From Hydrolagus colliei (Eukaryota), in assembly GCA_035084275.1 (NCBI GenBank), contig CM068749.1, positions 15,748,001-15,812,000 of the forward strand: a DNA stretch of 64,000 bases, given 5' to 3'. Below the pieces are notes generated by a model that saw only the letters and a program-made list of their open reading frames with translations, had not been told where the DNA came from and searched no databases. Shown here in pieces: positions 36,880 to 49,751 of this stretch. Numbering within the stretch: position 1 is the first letter of the stretch; every line of letters starts with the position of its first letter. The translations under genes were made by a program, and so were the position numbers.

Positions 36880-37055
36880 TGTAGTTTTCTGCTGTTGGCA
36901 TCATGCAAAACACCCAATCCATTCTAAAAGTTGCTAGTACCATTTATTCTGCATTTTTTTGACCCTCTCAAATGCTGTTTTCCATTCTTCATAGATTATA
37001 GTGACCAAAGCTAGATATGGTACTCAAAGCATAGTAAGGCTTTATACACATTTTG
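36880..37055 (-). mobile_element. Degraded CR1 ORF2 fragment
   Basis: Minus strand GTATAAAGCCTT...TTTGAGTACCATATCTAGCTTTGGTCACT...GCATTTGAGAGGGTCAAA resembles LYKAL...[10 protein letters not shown]...ALERVQ. Confidence 0.55.
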
Positions 37056-37757
37056 TTTTATACTGTACCTTGATTAATCTGACTTTTTTCTTCATGCTAG
37101 ACTTTGATCTTAATTCCCGTCGCTCAGTTAAAATGTAATTGATCTATTAACATATTTTATTTTGCAAAGAATAAAAAAGGTGTATGTTCTGTCTAGATTA
37201 GGATATATGTTAAGTATCAAATACAAATTCCCAGAATGTGGTAGACTTTCCCGCCCCCACCTCAACACTGCTCTTGTTGCCAGTGTGTTGCAGTTAGGTC
37301 ACACGTTGGTGTTCAGTTTGTAGACGATGGCTTTCGATTGTTGGTTGTAGTGGGATCATTGTTTAGCCTTAAGTAAAGGTTGAATGCGTATCCTGACTGG
37401 CATTGAGAATAGTGTTTGGAGGGCCTATTATGATTATTATTATATTTCCTGATTGATACATTTTCCTTTTCTAAATTTAACATTTATTTTAGAGTGCTTG
37501 GTCTAATAGGGCAGTGTCAGACTTCCTTTTATCAGTCTCACATTGATCTCGCTGAGCATTCCTATCATGAATGAGTCGAACAATTATATTAAAAAGAATA
37601 ACAAAATATCCTGTACTAGCATTAATAACTTTTGAAACACAGTAACACACTTTTTAAATACTTAAAAGTATGTGATTTCTATAATCAATTATCAATGTGA
37701 AACCTATCGCTTAACAAGAAATTTCATTCACATTTTCAGGAGACTGTTGGTAATACT

Positions 37758-38040
37758 ATAATAATAATCTCTGTATTTGATATAATGCTTTTCACATCTT
37801 CTGGATGTGACTGAAATATACAGTCAAGTGAATTGACTGTATATTTGTTGGCGAAATGCGGCAGCCAATCGTGCACAACTGTGTTCTATGAACAGTCATG
37901 GATTGAAATGACCAATTTTTTTTTGAGGGATTATTATTAGGTATGTGGATTAAGGAAACTTGCCCAAGGTTTTGCCCTGCCTGGAATCAAATCCAGGATT
38001 CTGTTAGGCGAGAGCTCTAACCACTGAGCTACAGAACTCC
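37758..38040 (-). mobile_element. Full-length main-family SINE
   Basis: Minus strand GGAGTTCTGTAGCTCAGTGGTTAGAGCTCTCGCC...GGCAGGGCAAAACCTTGGGCAAGTTTCC..., with Deu core and tail. Confidence 0.93.
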
Positions 38041-41000
38041 ACTATACTGGACCGTGCTGTTGCTGAAGACACCAGACATCCAATTTCTACCATTGAGTGA
38101 TCAATGGTGCATCTTCATGTGCATGGCTTCTTTTCAGGCCATAAAATGATAAAATATTTAATATCTATGTACGAAAAGAGATTGAAGGGGTTATGTGTCA
38201 TTTGAAAATATTTCTAGGTAAGTTGTACTTCAGAAGCCTTATACTTTGAGAGAGAAGCTTTGCCAGCTGTGCTGAGGCACATCTAATTACACTCAGGCCT
38301 TAGTCCCACCATAATCCAGCCATCTTCATCTTCTCTCCTTGCCGGCTATCGTTTGAATCTTCTTGCTTTAAATATAACTTGTTTCAACAGTGATCACCTT
38401 AGAACTTCAGAAGTTGGCTTTGTCCTCTGACTCAGTGTAAACACAACTAAAAAGAAGCCTTCGAAATTAACTACTGCTTTAAAGACAGTCATCTCGCAAT
38501 AATGACCCACCACACGAAACGTAAGCAGTAAAAGGCCAGTGGTGAATTTATTCTTGTATAAAAAATCCGCAAACTCCATAACTTCCTGATAAATCAAGTT
38601 ATACCTGAAATTACTCCATGAATTTAATGCTTAATTTCCATTTTAATATGACAGTCAGTTACCTTTAGGGAGAAGTGAGAGGAGGTGCATGTAGCATATT
38701 TAACGATATTAAAGGCTCTTAGTGGTTCACAATACTCCTTTTTTCAAATTAATTAAAAATATTATTTAAAATAATAATTTAAATTTGCAGTATAAATAGA
38801 ATGTGCCACGATGAGCTGTGAAATATGGCTTTATTTCATGGAACAAGTGTGATCATAACTCATTCCTGACTTTGTGACGAGTGAGTTATCTGACCAGCCT
38901 GGCTTGTGGAACTGTAAATCACATTTGTTATAATGGCATTCTCTGTCGAGGCACACAGTCAAAGTGAACTAAAGTTACCTGCTCACGGAGAGTCACCCAG
39001 ATTGTGTTTAATGACATTTTATAGTTATAGGAATAGTTATAAATGATGGACAAGATTTATTATTCAGTGTGACCCTGATAGTATTCCACAGTGACTGAGA
39101 ATGATTTGTATGATCGAAGGAGAAAGGGAAGCATCTACCAGGTTTCAGAATACTGGTGTGTTCTGTTGCGTATAGGCACTCAATTAAAAAAAATACATTC
39201 AGACACACAGCAGGAAGAATATGTACAGGTTTCATAACAAACTGATGAAATCCTGATGTCCCATATTAAGAATTAACATTTTTACAAGATTGTCATCAAT
39301 CAGAATATACAGTACAATTTCAGGAGCTTTCCGGTGTTTGTTCAATGAGTTGTGAAGGAGTTTGCAGGTTGTCCAGCTGTCTGGTGGTTTGCTGTGTCAC
39401 AAGAAACAACATCACAGATACATTAGATTCAAAGCGTTGAGAAAGCACATCCAAGACAAGGTTACAGGGTGAGAGCATTGTTTAGAGCCCTGTAATTAAG
39501 TGGCTTTGCAGTTGTTTTAGATTAGCGTCTTTCTCAAAAGAACATTGTAATCCTTCCAAACCGTCTTCCTTAGATTTGTCATTCCCAGCGAAGGTGGCAG
39601 CCATGTTTGATCACAAAAGAGACCAAAATAGAACATAGCATAAGCTGAAACTAATCAATCAAGACAGCACGATTTTTTCCAACCTTTCTTTTTCTCTTTC
39701 GCTCTCTGTCTCTCCTACTCACTCCTCTTCTCCATTTCACTCATTCACAGTCTTTCATTCACTCTCAAGAGAGCACCGTGGTTATTCTCGGGTTCATAGA
39801 AACAGCTAAATGTGTTTTATCTACTTTTTTGAACTGGATAAAAAATGTTAAAGGGACATTCAGAATTTCTTCATGGGATTGTATCCTGATAATTAAGCCC
39901 CTTCCCAGGAATCCCTATCAGATTCACACAGCAACTCTTCTCTGGAAGCAAATTGAGTTGGAGGAAAATTCCTAGCAGTCATTGTGTCAAACTTCACTCA
40001 AAGGTGTCTCCATTTGTGCAACTTGGATTCTTTGTTGAGGTACTTTTTTTGCGAAACACAGCAACTTAGTATGTCATCTGCGCAAATGGAGATGCTTTTG
40101 TTTACAGTAGTGCAATGCAATGGTATGGATTGCATTGAAATACATGAAGAACTCTCTTACCCATGATCTTACCAAGGTGAAAATTCTGAATTCCTGCACA
40201 AGGAAAAAAAAAGGGAAGCCTTTTTTCATGAAGAAAATATTCTTTTAAGTTAGCAATAGGGAAAGTTAGAAAAATGATCCCAGGTGGGACATATTATTTG
40301 AAGCACTCGATGGTTGCAGTGTTTTGCAACCTAGTACCCCAGATGACATATTAGACTGGGGAAACCTGTCACACTTAAGTCAACGGGCAAGTGAAAAGAA
40401 AGCAATATGTCACTGTGCGTGTGGTGAAAAATACAGAGTTACAAACTGCATTTCTCTACAGCTCAGCTACAAAAGTTCAAAATGCTCACCGGAGGGTTCT
40501 GGTTGTGAACAAATGATTGAAATTTATCAATTTTTAAAAATAGAATTGAGTTCCCTGCTAGGCATGCTGAGGGAATAAAGCAGATAATTCATTGTTATTG
40601 TTTATTTTTTGACAACAGTTACTTACGGCAGCCAGAGAGATCAAAACACAAATCTTAAAATGCACAGCAATGCTTTGTGCACTCTTGCTTTCCTGTGTTT
40701 TTGAACGTGTATTGTTATTTTTGTGTTTGTTCCCTGCTCCTTCCTACCACAATACAACAGAGCTCAGCGATAAAGGGGAAGTGATTAAACCTGTTCCCGA
40801 AAAGCGCTATGTCACGTTGGCTCTCTCATACTTTGGGCCACTTAAATGGTCTATTTTGGCTGGCTTGAAGAGGGTTGGCTGTGAATTTCTATAATTTCCA
40901 TCAATGTAGTTAGTGTGTGAAGGTCAGTGTGGATAGTTGACCAACATCTCTGATATTCGTGGATAACAGTTGAAATCAATCTTGAAAAGAAGGGGCTTGT

Positions 41001-42789
41001 TTTTATTTTGTTATTGCAATTCCAATTGGTTTCAAGTGCTGTGCTTATGTTACAACTTCCAGATTATACCTACTTATTAATATAGACTGACATAATTGAC
41101 AGTAAAATATTTACTGTTTATTCAATTTAAGTGCTTGCAGCTTAGCACAGGAGCAAAGCCGAGTGCTCTATTGAGTCAGCCTTGTTATCTACTGAGAAAA
41201 AGAGGAGAATTATAATTTTAAAACGCAGAATGATGCTTTCATGAACTAAAATCAGTGAATATTCACAGAAAACTTTTAAAAACCTGAAAAAACAAGACAA
41301 CTGAAAATAGTTACAAGCACATATGTAGAAAGATGCAATAAAAAATGACTGCTGAAATGATGTACCTTCTAAACTGATAGCGTTTAGTATTTAATTGAAT
41401 TTGTTTCAATTGAATGGTCTGTTGTAACAGACGTGCACAAAAGAGCAATAAAATATGTTCTGATTCAATGAAATGTCTATTTGGCAGCCTGTGTTGATTC
41501 ATACCTTTACCTAGATTGTGCTGTGGGTGTTAATATTGTTCCAGGTTAGGGGTTTCTGAAAGAGTTGAATAACATATGGTTGGAATTTGCTGGCATTGAC
41601 TTCATTCCGTCCTGTTACTCTTAACAATAAAAGAATTGGGATAGAGTTACTTCCAATGAATAATGATATAAGGGTTGGATCATCTGGAAATTAAAATGGT
41701 GAAAGATTTATAGTTTGAAATACATTTTAATGTAGAAAATAGTAAAGTATTCAGAAAGAATGCCAAAATAAAGTGGTTGTATTGTTTTTAACTCATGAAA
41801 GGGGTTTTGCTAAAGTCCCTGAACTAATTTAAGTGTAAAACAAGAAAGGCCACCATTAGAGAATAAAGAGTGAATGTTCTGAACAAGTGTAATGCTGACT
41901 CCATTTGCATGGAGTCTACAATGTTTATTTGTCGAATGGTTTGAATCTAGTTATGCAGATCTTGTCGACATATTTTTTGAATCATGGTTCAGATATGGTA
42001 ACGTTCCCGGATATTCCCATGAGAGTATTGAGGGACGGAAATATGTTTTACCCCCACCCACCCCACCACCACACACATAAAAAGCTTTCACTACCATTGA
42101 AGTAAGGTTTACGTGATTTCAACGTTACCCCAGGCCTCATGCTTCACCCCTCCGATCATAAAAAGCTTCTACAGCCTATGAAATAGATCATCTTTTTGCC
42201 ATTATGTTAGATGAAGTCTGACTTGCAGTCTGAAGTAATGGTTCAATCCCCAAATTAGTAGACAGCAAATGTTTCACCATAAAATGTAACCGAATAATTG
42301 TGCAATCCCAATTTGCCTTGTGTGTAGTTTCACCCTTGTACTTTTCTGAACATATCAGTGGCTAATTCAGGCAGACGCAGTGCTGGTATCATACTTTTTG
42401 AAGATTACAATAGCAATAAATATGTATAAAGACTGGAATCTCTTTTTTCCCTTTTTTGTTAAAAACACAAGATGTATTCCATGTGTTTTATATTTTGCTA
42501 AACCATGCCTGCCATTTGAACATGGTGGCTGTCAGTGCTATTGATCAGTTGCAGATATGCCTGTCATGTTCTTAGCTGGGTGACCGTGCCAGGGGTAAAC
42601 AGCAAATATGATAGCCTCCAGCGTTCAAAGAGCGAGCGATGTTGGAGTTTCAATTTGTATGAAGAGGGCTTATATTTTATATATTGATAGCAAAATAACA
42701 TACTTTTATTTGTCATTTTGGTTCTACATTGGAAGGAAAACTTCCATTTGCAGACAAAACATTTGTCTGCAAATGACCACTTACAATCT

Positions 42790-43000
42790 AACTCAGGTAC
42801 GTTCAACCACTTAATATGTATAAATGACAAATGGCCTGGTAAATGACAAATGATAAATGACAAAAAGCACCATTCAACACAGAGCATTTATTTTCTTTCA
42901 CTAACTCTGAACTGGGTCCACATGCAAATAGGACACTGCAGCCTGTAAAAGCTCTGTGTGAAATTAATTTGGTCAGTTTTAACCCCACTATTTGTGTTTT
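42790..43000. promoter_or_regulatory. Candidate enhancer with triple TAAATGACAAA motif
   Basis: TAAATGACAAA at 42821, 42840 and 42854; ATGCAAAT at 42922; AATTAATT at 42962. Confidence 0.35.
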
Positions 43001-43572
43001 CTTGCGCAGGATTATGTTAAATCCTTATATTTGGGATTGAAGCAAACACTCTCACTCAGAAGGTGTACAGACTGATATGGGAAATAGGAAAGGTTGCCCT
43101 GGTGAATTAAGAGATGCTGTTATGAGGTGCGCTAAGCTCAACATTGGGGGCAAAGGGAGATTTATTCTGCAATTAACCCTTATTCCAAGTGAGCTGACCT
43201 TTCTCACTTTGACAAGCACGTGTAATCTTTGTGAATCCAGAAAACAGTTAGATTCACTGGTTCCTTTATTTACACCTTACACTTTCATAATCTACCCAAT
43301 CACTTCCCCAGAATCCTCTTGTTTACTGTTGTTAATGTCCAATTGCCAATTAAGTCATTAAAGCAATATACAATAGCACAGGAGAAAAGAGTTCTGAAAC
43401 GTTTAAATAGGAGCTGAACTAATAGTCTCATCACAACCAAGTGTTGTCTATCCAGTCGGTTGTACAAATTCACTGAAGCCTTTTGCACAAATGAAAGGGC
43501 AAAATGCTAAATGACTGTGTGAACATAAAATATGTTTGGAGGTAATTGAAGAATTCACCTAAACAAAAGATA

Positions 43573-43946
43573 TATATGACTCACATAAGTCTTATCTTTA
43601 TTCATAACACCTCTCCCCTATCCTCCATTACCACCTTACACCCATATGTATCACAGGAAGTATGTCCTCAACCCCTTCGATGCTTGCACAGACAAATTTT
43701 ATTTCTTGTGATTCTAGTGCTCGCCAGTAACTGCATATGCGACGACAGGCCAAGTCACAGTAAATCGCAGGAAACCCATCAGTGCATGCGTACTTACTGG
43801 CTCTATTGAATTAGACATACGCAGTGTGGGTTATTGACGGAAAATCCGATTTTATATGGCTTATACAGTTTGCCTGCAATTCAGACTTCATTTAAGTCAT
43901 ATTAAATGCTATGGTCCTTACTGATATGACTTATGTGAGTTTACTA
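43573..43946 (+). mobile_element. Tigger/pogo-like MITE (copy 3)
   Basis: Perfect 13-bp inverted repeat ACTCACATAAGTC (43579) / GACTTATGTGAGT (43928). TA follows the right end. Homologous to 20508-20899. Confidence 0.75.
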
Positions 43947-44128
43947 TACTCTGTTCCATGTGTACACTAATTATTTCTAATCCATTCGCTTATTATCCAA
44001 GGGGACTTCACATCTACCTCGATGTGCACTTTGGATTAGAAATACATTTATCTTAGGGAATGGATTCTAATAATAGTATGCAGTGAGAAGGTTATCATTC
44101 TCAATGTTTCATACCTCAACCAACCTTG

Positions 44129-44292
44129 GAGAGAAATTTCACCTGGATTTACTCTTATTTATTTAGTATTCTTAAAAAAAACTTGCAGAAAATTAACTTT
44201 AAAATGAAGGCTGTATTTAAGAATTTGCTAAATTCTTTCATCTCAAAAGCTAAGTCAATAAGGTAAATTTAGATCCAGGTGGAATTTCTCTC
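44129..44292. mobile_element. 164-bp MITE with ~23-bp terminal inverted repeats
   Basis: Left end GAGAGAAATTTCACCTGGATTTA; reverse complement of right end GAGAGAAATTCCACCTGGATCTA (2 mismatches). AT-rich interior. Confidence 0.75.
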
Positions 44293-46669
44293 TGAGAGTT
44301 TACAAAGGCAACAGAAACTCATACTGTTTTTTGCAGTGTGTCCTAGAAATGATGTAATTTTTTTATACAAGCATGTAGTATAGATTTTTCTGTAGTTCCG
44401 CATTAGGTTTGAAAATTAGATCATACTTAGAAATGGTGAGAAGAGGTTTTTAATACTTTTTCTGCCAAACAACATGAACTTACTCATCCTTGTAGTGCTG
44501 GACTTCCCTGGCTAAGATGCAGACCGCAGAATTACTGACATTCTGTAAGAGAGCAAGCCACAATTGCCAGAAGGCAATTTTAGTTTCACTCTTAACAGTC
44601 AGCAACCAGCAGAAACCTTATATTACCTCCCCTTTGCTGGTTAAAAACTGGGGCCTCTGGAGATGAGTACAGCATCTAAGAATAGGAGCTTAGATGTACC
44701 CATCACATGTCTGTGTTGCTTTAAAAAATTAACTTATCATTATTCCAGAACTGATTTTAAGATTAACCTGATCCCCGTTTTTACAGTAATTTTTAATGAA
44801 ACGATGGCAATTTTATGATGGATATGTTTTTTAATGTAAAAAAATCAACACCAGCCCAAAGATGCTTCCAGTTGATTATGTATGAATCTGTGAAACTGAC
44901 AAGACTGCTAGTCGGAAAAGACGTGTATAGCCGCCAACAGGCATCTTCCTTTTCCACATGATTCTTGTTGTGAGCTGTAAAGAAATGTGTTTTCACAAAT
45001 AATTTATGGCTTGGTAATGAATATCTGCTAGGAGTTGGAGAGAAATTGCATAAAACCACTTCTTCATTCATGCCATATAGTTGAATATTAATGTAGGTCA
45101 CTGCGATGTCTGTTTTCGAAGATTTGTGGCTTAACCAAATGACGCATTCAATGGGCTGTTTCATTACCAGCAATTATACTATCCCAAAGTCTGCTCCACT
45201 TGCGTGCTATGCTGAGTCTCAATATATAATTCACAAGGGAAAATTTTGGCTCATTGACCTAGTCCATCAACCCCAGAATGCAAGTTAATATGCGACAAAT
45301 ATTTTGTACACTTCTCTGTGTAGTATAGAGCTGTTTCATTTCAGTGTAAAATCCTTGAAAGTGTTCAAATATATTTCTAACAATATGACTCCTGTCTCTA
45401 AAGAATCACCCGAACATATGAAATCTAAAAAAAATCCAGATCATCTTCTACTCCAAATCAAACTACAGTCAATACTAAACACCACCTCAGCATTCGTGCA
45501 AATGTTTTTCATAAGTAGTTTTAGTCAGTTAGTGTCTCAATCAATTACCACTTTGTTCATTCCTAGCACTTGTCTGTCATAAATACAATTTAGGCTCTCT
45601 ACATGATCCTAAATTATTTTATTATTGTAACCAAAAATCGATACGACATTTTCCACTGACTTTTTATGGCATTTTCCTATGAACTACTAAACAGTTGCTT
45701 GTTGCACTTGGTGAATAAGAGTTTCACTCCATTCCAGACAAAGGCTTGATATGCATATGTGGAACACTCTCGGATTCAGATACTTTCAAACAGGGTGGTG
45801 AGCTTCCAGGCTGGTGGAAGACCCCATAAATTGATTAGATTTTAAGGTATTTGCAGGTTTACAATCACTATCGCTTTAGTTTTGCAATAACTTTGCAAAA
45901 CAGTTTACATATTATCCTTACCTTTCGCAGGACAATATAAACAGCAATAAAAGTTTAAGTGACATATTGGCCATGGTAAATGATCACAATTTTATCATTA
46001 AAGATATGATATTGGGTAAGAGGTAGGGATGAGGGTTGAGTGACGATAGATCCAGTTGGAAGTCAACTCTGCCATAAGTAGCCACCATCTACTTGCTCAG
46101 GGTAGCATGTGATTCAGGAGAAAGCTCAACAAAGTACAGGGGAAAGTTCCTCATAGTACAGAAACTGACACCAAAGAGTCAGGGGTCAAGACCACCAGTC
46201 TTACCAAGGGGAAGCAGATGTATTATTGTTCATTCCTCTCACTAGGGACAGATACATCTTTTAACATGAGAATTTTTACCTTGGTTCTGAACAGGTGACT
46301 TCAATTTGACCTCCTCTGCCAGCACCTAGCTAATGTCTTTTTCTCTTTCTCTCTCTCCATCATATTGTAAATTGGGTCCCATCCTTGGGTCCCAGCATAA
46401 CATATAATATTCCTCAACAGTCATGTAAGCTTTGTTCCTATCCCTCTAATTATGCTCTCCAGACAAGCTGTTTTTAAGCATCTGGATCAAGCATGCAGAG
46501 GAGCATAGTATAAGAACAAGTTAATTCACGCCTCCTTCAGGGGGAACTGCTTAACAACTGCTCAGCTTATCCACGGATGGACTGGCTGTAATCAGAAATT
46601 CACTGCAAGGGGAACCACATCAAAGAACACACATCCTACCCTACCGTTCCATAACACTTTGTGGCTATT

Positions 46670-46805
46670 CAAGGGAATTTGCTATCCACAAATTTCCCCA
46701 GTGTGTTTGCCTCCAAATACACAGTCACTACACTTGACAGCAATTAGCTGTGAAGAATTTGAGAGATTTTAAAATTATAGGCATTATATCAAATATATCT
46801 TATTA
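46670..46805 (+). mobile_element. Old DeuSINE 3' fragment
   Basis: GGGAATTTGCTATCCACAAATT...GTTTGCCTCCAAATACACAGTCACTACACTT...CTGTGAAGAATTTGAGA...GGCATTATATCAAAT. Confidence 0.55.
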
Positions 46806-49751
46806 ACGGTTCAAAATAACTTCAGGAAGAATTAATCTACTGGTTACTTATTTAGGGCAAAATTAGATAATACAGTTAGGTTACCCTTGAACAAATTGTC
46901 ATCGATTTGTTTTGAATCAGCTGCCCTTCAGGTAATAGAAAATAGATCTTTAATATAACCTAAACCACACGGACAAACCAATGTTATTCTGACTATTTCT
47001 GGGTCAATAACAGGAGGTTTCAAGGCTTGCATTTTAATTGTTTTCAAAGTATCACAGATTATTGAGTGATACCTGCATAATTATTTGCATGTCGATACAA
47101 TAAATGAAGCTGATAGTCTACAAATCCACCTGAAAGTATTGTTGTGGTTTTCAGCAAATTCTCTGCAACTTGTGTAAAATGTCACACTCCATCAGCACCT
47201 AAACGGGTTACCCAGCAAACACACCTTCTGGAGTAATTGTTGAACATTTACTAAAAGGCATAATTTTAAAGATTGTTGAAATTTAAAGATTTCTACACAT
47301 ACTGTTAATCTGTTAAAAATTCTCCAAATTGTATTTGATAGCTTCAAGAATAACTGTGGAACCCTTTCCAACCGCAGGAGTCAAAGTATTTAAATACAAA
47401 ATAAGTTCTGGTAAAATCTTACTGGATGTTGTAAAACAATGTATGTGTGAGGCATACAATACCCAGCATTAGCATATGATTCACGAGTTGCATCGATGAT
47501 TTAGACAAGACTTCAGTGAGGTTTATGGGGCTAAAAAAAACTTTGCAAAGTATTCTTTTCATTCCTGTGTTGTCCTGCTGAGTTTTTGTTTCATAAGGGC
47601 AACAGAAAAGTAAATTGCTTCAAAGAGCCTGTTTTCATGCTATGATTGACACTGTCTTCAGGTGTCCTGCAGCACTCTTGTCTAAGCGGATTTGCAGAAT
47701 GATAGATGTTCTGGAAGAGAATTTTGTTTGACAGTAAGAGGTTTGGCCAAAGAGGCTCACTTAAACTATTCTCTTCAATCAATCCTGACTTAAAACTCAC
47801 AGCAGTGTTTGCAATTCTTTTCTTTGTTTTACAAGCTACAGCCATGTATGTTAACCCTTTAAGGTTTCATTCCCTTCAACATTTGATTGTTCAAATAGCT
47901 TTTTTAAAAAAAACAATCTGTCCACGGTTAGATTTTGTCCAAACGTTTTGTTTATCAATAATTAGCCATACCCATTGCAACAAAGCTTGCAATCAAAGTA
48001 TCCAATATGGAATGTAGATTGATACACAGACAGACATTTAATCTTTATCTAAACTCATCTGGGAGGACTTCTGTGGGAGGATTCCTTTAGGAAATATTCA
48101 TTGGGAGGACCTGGCACTTTAAAAATTTAATTTTGTTCTTGCTGTGACTCAGCCTTGTCTACGTTCTTTATTTTGTTCCCGTCGCTTGTCTGTGTCCTCT
48201 ATGATGTAGGATGCCGCAGTGCCACTTTGACTCTGCAGCCACCAGATGTAACTGCAGTAAAAAACACAAAACAGAAAATAACTCATGAATGATAGGAGAT
48301 ACCTGAAACCAAATATGCCCATGTCACTCCCGGGTGCAAGACCTTTCCGATGAGGGATAAATCATATTACATCAATCAGTTGTTGAGATCCTTCTTGAAG
48401 CACAGACAGTCATTGATATTTTATTAGTATAGAAGAAGGTAGAAGAAACAAACTGATGGCTTTCTTACAACAAAATGTATTTTAAAAATCCAAATTTGGT
48501 TCAATTAAATGATACAATAAATAAACTTGTGGTTCTGCTGAGAATGTGTGATAATAGTGGTCACTTTTAAAACAATTAGCTATTCAAAGTATACAAAATA
48601 AGTGAAATGAGTGTTGCTTTCTCAGGCGAGAGTCCAAATGAGTTCATATACTGTTAGGTACTGTATATGGAATTTCACTTCAGATGTAGAACAGTGAGTC
48701 TTCAACAGTTCAACTAAAGAATGTCTATTATTAATCCTTTTTACATTGACAGCATATGTGAAAGAAAAGGTTTATAGGCAAAATGATTTCCCAGTTTCCA
48801 TTTTAAATCCAGCTCACCATATGTCTTTCAGCAATGAGGATCTGTGATCCCTTCTTTATTACAAAAGACTGAATGCTCTTTAACAGTGATAAGCCAGTGT
48901 GCTGAGAAATGTGGAGAATTATCATCTGCAGAAGCTTTGGCCTGCAATAAAGAGACCATTAAATCCTCTCCGATTACAATTAAGATAGGTATTTTAGTCA
49001 CTAATGAAATAGATGATCATGCTCTGCTTTCTACAGTGATGATTAATCAAGCTGTTAACTCTTAAATGAATGAAGAGTTTAGAGTAAATAATTTTGAAAG
49101 TAATACTTTTTTTTAATAGATGTGAGGTTTGCAATAACATTTGTTAAATATTTTAATAAAGTAGAGTTTTATATCGTACGATGCCAAGAAACAGCACTCA
49201 ATTAGCTTGATTTAATACAGTAAAAGTAATTGGTTCATTTAAATATTTCTTCAATCACACTGGGCTCTTGTGGTAGCCAATGTAATGCTAAAAGTCGCAT
49301 TTTCCAATAATTATGTAAAAGAGCAAGAATTCTGCTAAATACAGATAAATAATTTTGAACGAGAGAGGTAGGCACAGATACATACTGCTCAGCTAGGTCA
49401 CCATCAAAGTCGTGAACCTTTGAGGAGCTGTGCAAAGTTGTTTTATTTGCAGCCGATTGAAATAAATATATTTTAAAATCTGTGTTCTGACATGTTATGG
49501 CCGGCAGAATAGCAACGTCAGTAAGAGTGAGCTCTGATTTGCGAGATTCTCAGAACAGATTTGTAAATAATGAATCCAGCAAGTACACACATGTGTCTGA
49601 GGTTCACCCTCCAGAACTGCACTCGAACACCAATTGATACAGATCTGCTGTTGGACAGCAAAAGCCTGCTTTGGGCACAATCCAGATTCATTGAGATCAG
49701 CATCCAAGTATTCCTGCAGAAGATCGTCCTCAGACAACATAATGCAATAAT

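Noticed and set aside
38396-38604. Possible minus-strand exon (YNLIYQEVMEF...EVLR)
   Set aside because: Weak acceptor and donor (GTGATC), no recognisable homology and no partner exons.
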